Shown: one piece after another, positions 56,594-64,000 of the stretch | Layout of the letters: the number at the start of each line of letters is the position of its first letter | Numbering within the stretch: position 1 is the first letter of the stretch | Assembly: GCA_905479095.1 (NCBI GenBank) | Contig: CAJQLD010000021.1 | Coordinates: 36,837-100,836 of the forward strand | Direction of reading: 5' to 3' | DNA length: 64,000 bases | DNA from: an uncultured Flavobacteriaceae bacterium | GTDB lineage: Bacteria > Bacteroidota > Bacteroidia > Flavobacteriales > Flavobacteriaceae | Notes under the pieces: model-generated | The model's database searches: none | Told to the model about the DNA's origin: nothing | What the model saw: the letters and a program-made list of their open reading frames with translations, nothing else | Position numbers and translations under genes: made by a program

Positions 56594-58488
56594 AGCATCC
56601 AATTGAATTATTGGAACACTATTGGGGGTTTTCAGAATTTAAACCCCAGCAAGAAGCGATCATAGAAGCGGTTTTAGCGAATGAAGACTGTATTGCACTT
56701 CTACCAACGGGTGGTGGAAAATCGGTTTGTTTTCAAATACCGGCACTTATCAAAGACGGTATTTGTATTGTGGTATCGCCACTCATTGCATTGATGCAAG
56801 ATCAAGTCAATACACTGAAAGCAAAAGGGATTAAAGCCATGGCCCTTACGAGTGGTTTTAGTTACGATGATATTGATCGAATGTTGGATAATTGTATTTA
56901 TGGGAATTATAAATTTCTCTACTTGTCTCCCGAACGGCTGCAACAAGATTTAGTTCAAGAACGCATCAAACAAATGAATGTTAATCTAATTGCGGTCGAC
57001 GAAGCGCATTGTATTAGTCAATGGGGACATGATTTTAGACCCGCTTATAGAGAGATTAAATCCCTCAGAACCTTACACCCTACTGTGAATGTCATTGGAT
57101 TGACGGCCTCTGCAACGTCTAAAGTAGTCAACGATATTTGTACTCAATTGGATTGTATTGCCCCACAGATTTTGAAGACGTCGTTTTTACGCCCTAACTT
57201 GGCTTATTTGACCTTGGATTGTGAAGATAAATACTTCAAAACGGTTCAAATTTTAAAAAAATATTCGGGAGCTTCTATTATATATGTTCGAAACCGAAAA
57301 GCAACGCTTGAAATTTCAAACTATTTAAATAAAATTGGAGTTACAAGCGGCTACTATCACGGCGGGTTAAGTCCGAAAGAAAAAGACACCCAATTTGATC
57401 TTTGGACCACGAATCAAAATCAAGTCATGGTGGCTACCAATGCCTTTGGAATGGGAATTGATAAAGCAAATGTACAAACCGTGATTCATCATAATTTACC
57501 TGAAAGTTTAGAAAGCTATTACCAAGAAGCTGGACGAGCGGGACGAAATAATGAAAATGCATACGCTGTGATTCTTCGGAATACTTCGGATGAAACGGAT
57601 TCTAAAAACCAATATATTAATGCTTTACCAGATATAAACTATTTAAAAACTATTTATAAGCGACTGTGTAATTATTTCCAGATTTCATACGGAGAAGGTG
57701 TAAATGCAGTTCATAGTTTTAACTTTAAATTATTTTGCAGCACCTATAAACTCCCTTCTGCATTGACTTATAATGCGCTCCGAATTCTAGATCGTACCAG
57801 TATTATTACGTTAGAAGAACGATTTAAAAACACGGCCTTTATTCAGATTAAAATTGGAAATACGGCCTTGTTCAATTACCTTGAAAAACATCCAAAACAA
57901 GCTCTAATTATTAAGGTTATTTTAAGAACGCATGAAGGGGTCTTTGAGCATTCAACAGAAATTTACACCCAGGTCATTGCTAAAAAAACAAACCTAACAG
58001 AAGCTCAAGTCATTGCAGAATTAACGGCTTTAAATACCGCTGAAATTGTGGCATTCGAATCTTCTAAAACCGATGCTCAAATTACGTTTATAGAACCGCG
58101 AGAAGACGATAAAACAATTCATAGAATTTCAAAAATTGTAACCCAACAACACGATTTAAAAAAAGCACAGCTTCAATCCGTATTTGATTATGTCAAAAAT
58201 GATGGCCTTTGTAAAAGTCAAAAACTACTTTCATATTTTGAAGAAACAGATTCAAAAGCATGTGGAATTTGTTCGAGTTGTTTGGAACGTTCAAAAAACA
58301 ATTCATTTTCTAAAAATGATACACAAACAATCTTAACTTTGCTAAAAAAAGATTCGCTCTCGTCTCGAAAACTTGAAACCTTAAGTTCATTTGGTCGTGA
58401 CACATTAACCGCTATTTTAGCAAATCTTTTGGAAAGAGGGCTAATTGAAATTACAGAAAGAAATACATACCAACTCAAAACGTTATGA
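56590..58488 (+). CDS. recQ: RecQ family ATP-dependent DNA helicase
   Basis: LPTGGGKS, DEAHCISQWGHDFRP, ATNAFGMGIDK, YYQEAGRAGR, C-terminal Zn Cys cluster. Confidence 0.93.
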   Translation: MKHPIELLEHYWGFSEFKPQQEAIIEAVLANEDCIALLPTGGGKSVCFQIPALIKDGICIVVSPLIALMQDQVNTLKAKGIKAMALTSGFSYDDIDRMLDNCIYGNYKFLYLSPERLQQDLVQERIKQMNVNLIAVDEAHCISQWGHDFRPAYREIKSLRTLHPTVNVIGLTASATSKVVNDICTQLDCIAPQILKTSFLRPNLAYLTLDCEDKYFKTVQILKKYSGASIIYVRNRKATLEISNYLNKIGVTSGYYHGGLSPKEKDTQFDLWTTNQNQVMVATNAFGMGIDKANVQTVIHHNLPESLESYYQEAGRAGRNNENAYAVILRNTSDETDSKNQYINALPDINYLKTIYKRLCNYFQISYGEGVNAVHSFNFKLFCSTYKLPSALTYNALRILDRTSIITLEERFKNTAFIQIKIGNTALFNYLEKHPKQALIIKVILRTHEGVFEHSTEIYTQVIAKKTNLTEAQVIAELTALNTAEIVAFESSKTDAQITFIEPREDDKTIHRISKIVTQQHDLKKAQLQSVFDYVKNDGLCKSQKLLSYFEETDSKACGICSSCLERSKNNSFSKNDTQTILTLLKKDSLSSRKLETLSSFGRDTLTAILANLLERGLIEITERNTYQLKTL

Positions 58489-59435
58489 AAAAAGAAGACA
58501 TCCGTATTGTATTTATGGGGACTCCAGAATTTGCAGTCACTATATTAGAGGGGCTTTTGAAACATAAATACACGATTGTAGGGGTTATCACTGCTCCTGA
58601 TCGGCCTGCAGGAAGAGGTCAAAAACTTCATGAATCGGCCATCAAAGTGTTTTCTAAGTCTAAAGGGTTGACCATTTTACAGCCAACTAACTTAAAAGAA
58701 GATTCTTTTTTGAATGATTTAAAAAATTTAAAAGCCAATCTTCAAATTGTAGTGGCCTTTAGAATGCTCCCAAAAGTTGTGTGGCAAATGCCCGCTTTAG
58801 GAACCTTTAATTTACACGCTTCTTTACTCCCTGATTATCGTGGGGCTGCTCCCATAAATTGGGCGATTATCAACGGAGAAAATGAAACGGGTGCTACCAC
58901 CTTTTTTATTGATGAAAAAATTGATACAGGTGCGGTTATTTTACAATCTAAAATTGACATTCATCCTACAGAAAATGCAGGAGAATTACATGATAAACTG
59001 ATGCATTTAGGAAGTGAATTGGTCTTAAAAACCATCAAAACCATTGAAGATGGAACCGTAAAAACCACGACGCAACCTCTAAAAGAAACCAAAACGGCTT
59101 ATAAGTTAAATAAGGAAAATTGTAAAGTGGATTGGAATACTACAATGGACGCGATTTATAACCAGGTTCGGGGACTCCATCCCTACCCTGCTGCTTGGGG
59201 ACTTTTGTCCAATGGCGAGGCCCTTTTAAATGTTAAACTGTATGAGGTTGTGAAACATTCTGAACCACACGAATTTAAAGCTGGACACCTCATAATTTCT
59301 AAAAAAGCAATTAAGGTCGCCGTTAAGGGTGGATTTATTGAACTCATCAATTTTAAATTCCCTGGAAAACGACAAATGGATGCCGTCTCTTTTTTAAATG
59401 GGTTTACATTTGATGAAAATGCTAAAATGATTTAA
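58485..59435 (+). CDS. fmt: Methionyl-tRNA formyltransferase
   Basis: FMGTPEFA, PDRPAGRG, NLHASLLPDYRGAAPINWA. Confidence 0.97.
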   Translation: MKKEDIRIVFMGTPEFAVTILEGLLKHKYTIVGVITAPDRPAGRGQKLHESAIKVFSKSKGLTILQPTNLKEDSFLNDLKNLKANLQIVVAFRMLPKVVWQMPALGTFNLHASLLPDYRGAAPINWAIINGENETGATTFFIDEKIDTGAVILQSKIDIHPTENAGELHDKLMHLGSELVLKTIKTIEDGTVKTTTQPLKETKTAYKLNKENCKVDWNTTMDAIYNQVRGLHPYPAAWGLLSNGEALLNVKLYEVVKHSEPHEFKAGHLIISKKAIKVAVKGGFIELINFKFPGKRQMDAVSFLNGFTFDENAKMI

Positions 59436-59447
59436 TAACTAGTACAC

Positions 59448-59723
59448 ATGACAAAAAACGACTTGATTGACCAAATGGCACTGAATGCAGGTATTTCTCG
59501 ATCCGCTGCGAACAAAGCACTAGAAGCCTTGGTAACCGGCATAAGTGAGACTTTAATGGATGGTAAACGAATGAGTCTGCAAGGGTTTGGAAGTTGGTCT
59601 GTTTATGAAAGAACCGCTCGTAATGGAAGAAATCCGAGAACCAACGCCCCTATTTTCATACCTTCTAAACAAGTAGTTCGGTTTAAACCAAGCAGCCAAC
59701 TCACCAAAAAAATAAACCCATAG
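59448..59723 (+). CDS. hup: DNA-binding protein HU
   Basis: MTKNDLI, GFGSW, RNGRNPRT, VRFKPS. Confidence 0.93.
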   Translation: MTKNDLIDQMALNAGISRSAANKALEALVTGISETLMDGKRMSLQGFGSWSVYERTARNGRNPRTNAPIFIPSKQVVRFKPSSQLTKKINP

Positions 59724-59844
59724 TCACTCTAAAATTTACGCGACAGGTGGTTAGACAAAATCTAAACGGTTCAAAAATATTAAACAATAAAATCCGAAGG
59801 TTCTGATTTTTTAATTAACTTTCGATAAAATAAATTTTTAGATT

Positions 59845-60417
59845 ATGAAAAAATTAATTTCCTTAATTACTCTTAGTGTATTCGTCATAGCATGTAAATC
59901 TGAACCTAAAAAATCAGATTCAAAAACATCCAAAACAATAGAGAATATTGAAAACGCTCAAAAATCAAAAACACTTTCTATTAGCTTAAACCCAAAAAGT
60001 GACAGTAATGTCAGTGGGGTCGTTCTTTTTACCGAAACGAATGGCATGGTAAAAATGAATGCCAAAGTTTCAGGATTATCAGATGGCTTACACGCAATTC
60101 ATATTCACCAAACGAGTGATTGTAGCTCTGTTGATGGGAAATCTGCTGGTGGCCATTGGAATCCCACCAACCAACCACATGGAAAATGGGGCGTTGAAAC
60201 CGGGTACCACAAAGGGGATATTGGTAATTTTATGGTGAATTCAGAAACAGAAACGGTCGTTGAATTTAGTACTGATGAATGGTGTATTGGTTGTGGCGAT
60301 CCCACTAAAGATATTCTTGGAAAAGGCGTCATTATCCATCAAGGAACCGATGATTATAGCTCCCAACCCTCTGGTGCTGCAGGAAGTAGAGTCAGTTGTG
60401 CAGGAATTATCGAGTAA
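59845..60417 (+). CDS. sodC: Cu/Zn superoxide dismutase lipoprotein
   Basis: Lipobox VIAC; HAIHIH, GGHWNP, PHG, HKGDIGN, IIH, GSRVSC metal ligands intact. Confidence 0.93.
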   Translation: MKKLISLITLSVFVIACKSEPKKSDSKTSKTIENIENAQKSKTLSISLNPKSDSNVSGVVLFTETNGMVKMNAKVSGLSDGLHAIHIHQTSDCSSVDGKSAGGHWNPTNQPHGKWGVETGYHKGDIGNFMVNSETETVVEFSTDEWCIGCGDPTKDILGKGVIIHQGTDDYSSQPSGAAGSRVSCAGIIE

Positions 60418-60563
60418 GCAGCACAGAAATTGAATCTTTAGACTGATACTACCAATTCAGAAAATTATTTAAAATCAATTAAAGTTTTTTTTTAACTTTA
60501 AAGCTCATCATTTGACATCAATCCAGTTGATTAATACGTTTTAAAAATACTACCTTTGTTGCT

Positions 60564-60821
60564 ATGGGATTAAATAATAACGATATTTTTAAAAAACTTA
60601 GAGTCGCTCATAAATTAAGAGACGATGATATTGTAAAAATTTGCGGTTTGAAAGACTTCAAAATCACTAAAAGTGAACTTAATGCAATTTTCAGAAATGA
60701 AAACCACGAAAAATACATGGAATGTGGTGATCAATTTTTGAGAAACTTCTTAGACGGTTTAATTATTCACTTAAGAGGACCTATGCCGCCAAAAGGGGCG
60801 AATACCACCCCGAAAAAATAA
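60564..60821 (+). CDS. DUF1456 family protein
   Basis: NNDIFKKLRVA, CGDQFLRNFLDGLI. Confidence 0.85.
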   Translation: MGLNNNDIFKKLRVAHKLRDDDIVKICGLKDFKITKSELNAIFRNENHEKYMECGDQFLRNFLDGLIIHLRGPMPPKGANTTPKK

Positions 60822-60826
60822 GAGCT

Positions 60827-61714
60827 ATGAAAAAGTATTTTATAATCAGTTTACTTATAGGACTCTTTTTCAATTGTAATCACACAACAAATAAAAAAGC
60901 ATCATTAGATTCAGACTATTTAAATACGCTGAACCAAAATCGAGAACTGAGATCCAAAAATCGTGTCAAATACTTAGAATTGACAGGATTATTTAAATTA
61001 GATTCTATTTCTAACTCCTTTGGAAAAGCAGCGTCAAATCAATTCGTTTTGAATATTGAATACTTACCTTCCTCTGTTGGTAGCATCCATTTATCAGAAA
61101 AAGGTCTTAAATTTCAAGCTGCAAAAAACATAAAAGTGTCCACTGAAACTGGCGATCAAATCGAAACTTTAGCCCTGCCAATTGATGCCTATGGAAATTC
61201 TGTACAACTAACTTACAAAGCCCTAAAATGGCAAGTCATCACCCGTTCTGGCTCACTGTATCTAAGAGTTTGGGATTCTAAAAACTCCGCTATAAAAGCG
61301 TTTAAGGGGTTTAAAAGTTCTGATGTAAATTCAGATTTTATTTTCGATGCTAACTTTAAATACTTTGAAACCGCTCAGCAAGAAACCGTCGCTTCAAAAT
61401 TAGGGATCAAGGAGGTCACTAATTTTATTGGACAAGTTCATTTTACCTACAAAAAAAATAATTACACATTAGATGTTGGAAGTGAAGGCATCCTCATGGT
61501 TGCCGATTTAACCTCCGGAGAAACTACGTATGGCGGTGGACGTTATATGTATCTTGAGTTGCCCGATACAAATGGCAGCATTCGTTTAGATTTTAACTAC
61601 CTATACAATCCTCCTTGTGCGTTCTCTGAATTCACGACTTGTTTATATCCACCTCGACAAAATCAATTACCATTCAAGATTGAAGCGGGAGAACTTCTTA
61701 AAAAAGATTTATAA
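60827..61714 (+). CDS. DUF1684 family lipoprotein
   Basis: Lipobox FFNC; DLTSGETTYGGGRY, LDFNYLYNPPCAF, CLYPP. Confidence 0.85.
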   Translation: MKKYFIISLLIGLFFNCNHTTNKKASLDSDYLNTLNQNRELRSKNRVKYLELTGLFKLDSISNSFGKAASNQFVLNIEYLPSSVGSIHLSEKGLKFQAAKNIKVSTETGDQIETLALPIDAYGNSVQLTYKALKWQVITRSGSLYLRVWDSKNSAIKAFKGFKSSDVNSDFIFDANFKYFETAQQETVASKLGIKEVTNFIGQVHFTYKKNNYTLDVGSEGILMVADLTSGETTYGGGRYMYLELPDTNGSIRLDFNYLYNPPCAFSEFTTCLYPPRQNQLPFKIEAGELLKKDL

Positions 61715-61778
61715 TTTTTAATAATAAGTGTAACAAATTAGTAAATTGAGATACTAATATTTCAACTAGATAACCAAT

Positions 61779-62273
61779 TTGAAATCAGTAACAGAACAAA
61801 ATTTTGTAACCCTTTTACAGGAACACCAGAACATTGTACATAAGATCTGTAGGATCTACACAAATGATTCTGATGCTCATAAAGATCTGTTTCAGGAAAT
61901 TACAATTCAGTTATGGAAAGCGTTTCCTAAATTTAGAGGCGACTCAAAATTTAGTACTTGGATGTATCGCGTCGGATTAAATACGGCTATTACTTTATAT
62001 CGAAAATCCTTACGACACGTACAAAGTCAACGGATCGAATCGGTGAAATATAAATTATCCTATGAAGAATATGATGATACCAAGGACGAACAACTGAAAC
62101 TTATATATGGTGCCGTACGAAAACTAAACGATATCGATAAAGGAATTGTTTTCTTGTATTTAGAAAACAAAAATTATAAAGAAATTAGTGAAACACTAGG
62201 AATTAGCGAAGTCAATGCACGCGTACGTATGAATCGTATTAAAACGAAATTAAAAACCCAGTTAAATTCTTAA
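61779..62273 (+). CDS. ECF sigma-70 factor
   Basis: DLFQEI, KFSTWMYRVGLNTA, YKEISETLGISEVNARVRMNRIK; TTG start. Confidence 0.93.
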   Translation: MKSVTEQNFVTLLQEHQNIVHKICRIYTNDSDAHKDLFQEITIQLWKAFPKFRGDSKFSTWMYRVGLNTAITLYRKSLRHVQSQRIESVKYKLSYEEYDDTKDEQLKLIYGAVRKLNDIDKGIVFLYLENKNYKEISETLGISEVNARVRMNRIKTKLKTQLNS

Positions 62274-62275
62274 TT

Positions 62276-62929
62276 ATGGATGAATTAGAACTACTAAAAA
62301 AAGATTGGGATAAGTCTTCTACGAACTATCCAACCCTAAATAATGAACAACTTTATAAATTAATTAATAAGAAATCGTCTTCGATCGTGAAGTGGATCTT
62401 TATTATTAGTCTTTTAGAATTTGTCGTATGGACCTTGATTTCATTTCTTTTTGACGGATCAGAGAGTTTAGAAAAAATGAAAAGCTATAATGTTGAACAC
62501 ATTTTTTATCCTCTGACTATTTTTGGATACTTGGTTTTATTTGTTTTTTTCAATTTGTTTTATAAAAACTACAAAAGTATTTCAGCAACAGACAATACAA
62601 AAATGTTGATGGAACAAATTTTAAAAACACGTAAAACAGTTAAGCAATACGTGATTTTCAATCTTGGGTTTATGTGTATTTCTATTGTTTTGGGAGTCTA
62701 TATCGAACTGACAAACAACCCAGAAGTTCAAACGATGCTTACGAATATCAAATCTGAGGGCGCCAATAATATTTATATATTTTATTTAATAGTTGTGGGA
62801 TTAAGTGTGCTCGCAATGGCCGTCATTGCAGCCGTTTTGATAGGGTTTTATTATCTGATTTATGGGCTTTTACTAAAGCGATTGAAATCGAACTACAAAG
62901 ATTTGAAAGTGCTAGAAAAAGCATTCTAA
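62276..62929 (+). CDS. Membrane protein, possible anti-sigma partner
   Basis: MDELELLKKDW N-terminus then four TM segments; coupled to the ECF sigma gene. Confidence 0.65.
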   Translation: MDELELLKKDWDKSSTNYPTLNNEQLYKLINKKSSSIVKWIFIISLLEFVVWTLISFLFDGSESLEKMKSYNVEHIFYPLTIFGYLVLFVFFNLFYKNYKSISATDNTKMLMEQILKTRKTVKQYVIFNLGFMCISIVLGVYIELTNNPEVQTMLTNIKSEGANNIYIFYLIVVGLSVLAMAVIAAVLIGFYYLIYGLLLKRLKSNYKDLKVLEKAF

Positions 62930-62931
62930 AA

Positions 62932-63729
62932 TTACCAGTTTCTTTTTTTATTAAGAGACTCCGTTTCTAAAAGGTCTTTTTGAGAAATAACCTTTAAGAA
63001 TGAAGGATGTTGCTCGATAGCATACTCAATTTTTTCTACGATTTGATCGATTGATGTGTTCTCATAATCTATCTCCAAAGGGGCTTTAATTTCCATAGTT
63101 TGAAGAATATTTTTCTTCTTTACACGAATCCCCTTTTTGTCAAATGAACGTCGAAACCCATCAATTACAATCGGGACAACAATAGGCTTGTAGTGTTTAA
63201 TAATATGAGCCGTTCCTTTTCGAATGGGCTTAAAAGGCGTTGTGGTTCCTTGTGGGAACGTAATAACCCACCCATCATTTAAGGCTTTATTAATATTAGA
63301 AATATCACTCATTTTAACTTGTCGATTGACATTTTCACCAGAAGCGCGCCAAGTACGTTCAATACTTATAGAACCCGCATACGCAAATATTTTTGGAAGT
63401 AATCCAGACTTCATCGTCTCCTTAGCAGCCACAAAATAGACATTCAATTTCGGGTTCCATAAATAACCTACATTTTTAATATTGTCATCGCGCCCACTCA
63501 GGGCTGCATTAAATACATGAAACATCGCCATCACATCTGCGAAATACGTTTGATGATTAGAAATAAACAAAACGTTGTTATGAGGTAAATTTCGTAAAAT
63601 ATCAGACCCTTCTATTTGAAGCTCATTAAACCCTCGATAGCGTCGGTGACTTAATACACCTGCAAGACGAATGACCCATTTTTTGAGAAATAGATATTGA
63701 CCGAAAATATTTTTTTTTAAAAGCCCCAT
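62932..63729 (-). CDS. Lysophospholipid (PlsC-like) acyltransferase
   Basis: SNHQTYFAD (HxxxxD), FPQGT block. Confidence 0.88.
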   Translation of the reverse strand: MGLLKKNIFGQYLFLKKWVIRLAGVLSHRRYRGFNELQIEGSDILRNLPHNNVLFISNHQTYFADVMAMFHVFNAALSGRDDNIKNVGYLWNPKLNVYFVAAKETMKSGLLPKIFAYAGSISIERTWRASGENVNRQVKMSDISNINKALNDGWVITFPQGTTTPFKPIRKGTAHIIKHYKPIVVPIVIDGFRRSFDKKGIRVKKKNILQTMEIKAPLEIDYENTSIDQIVEKIEYAIEQHPSFLKVISQKDLLETESLNKKRNW

Positions 63730-63757
63730 AAAGATTGTTAAAATTGGTTTTGCAAAC

Positions 63758-64000
63758 CTACGCTATTTTTTTAAAAATTTTATTTAACATCGTTTTAATT
63801 TCCATGAGCATCATGGCGGTAGCCCCCCAAACAATATGGTTGTTTAAATTAAATGCAGGAACCTCCGTAGAAGATCCAGAAGCTATTTCGACTTCTGAAG
63901 TTACTTCAAAGGAATCATTCAAAAAGTCTGTTAAGGACACTTCGAGAACAGCATCAACTTCTGAAGCCTGAAGTGTAAAACGAAGCAGATCCTTTGAAAT
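63758..64000 (-). CDS. Nudix CoA pyrophosphatase, C-terminal part (runs off the window end)
   Basis: SEVDAVLEVSL...VPAF...VWGATAMML C-terminal signature; frame open to the window edge. Confidence 0.75.
   Translation of the reverse strand: MSKDLLRFTLQASEVDAVLEVSLTDFLNDSFEVTSEVEIASGSSTEVPAFNLNNHIVWGATAMMLMEIKTMLNKIFKKIA

Noticed and set aside
56048-59723. AAA_28 ATPase-RecQ-fmt-HU run considered as a possible defence module
   Set aside because: Looks like ordinary core gene order with no nuclease or effector
59751-59787. TTAGACAA and TTAAACAA half-sites upstream of sodC
   Set aside because: Direct orientation and wrong spacing relative to the N16 inverted repeat; AT-rich matches are expected by chance
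4236-63971. Numerous 60-115 aa ORFs antisense to or nested in long genes (e.g. 4236, 4588, 12925, 16173, 19630, 26996, 39959, 41635, 48427, 63735)
   Set aside because: They overlap well-supported genes, have no recognisable motifs and look like shadow frames
1-64000. CRISPR arrays, tRNA, rRNA, integrase or prophage genes
   Set aside because: No regularly spaced repeats, cloverleaf or rRNA-like tracts, or recombinase motifs were seen; intergenic gaps are short

Overview
AT-rich bacterial chromosome segment whose gene content, gene order and TAnnTTTG promoter boxes point to a marine Flavobacteriaceae (Bacteroidota). No rRNA, tRNA or CRISPR array was seen. From left to right: (1) ettA, pirin, a carboxyltransferase beta subunit and a menaquinone cluster (menE, C, A, B, D, F, PaaI thioesterase); (2) a green-tuned DTE proteorhodopsin divergent from blh, then dnaK, panB, an RluA synthase and an aldehyde dehydrogenase; (3) a ~15.8 kb block (22920-38732) bounded by intact comM/yifB and a collapsed comM relic; (4) an IS1595 element and a NIP-like aquaporin; (5) a large light/photo-oxidative stress region (TetR-like/ABC1 pair, Cry-DASH, FeS-type cryptochrome/photolyase, folE, Gpx, TspO, CPD photolyase); (6) core genes (murA, recQ, fmt, HU, sodC, ECF sigma, acyltransferase, Nudix). 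The best candidate for an undescribed system is block 3. It couples an H-NOX/PAS kinase/Hpt/LytTR phosphorelay to a glycan-building set: a receiver-GT2 fusion, a GT-C-like membrane protein, a flippase, a GT4, a clan GH-A hydrolase and a TPR/beta-barrel protein. Matching direct repeats with a 21-bp period lie in all three of its promoter regions. An exact 26-bp repeat and a shared TTGTTTAA-N16 inverted repeat also suggest a light regulon linking the rhodopsin to the photolyase operons. Family assignments are from motif recognition by eye; no database search was run.
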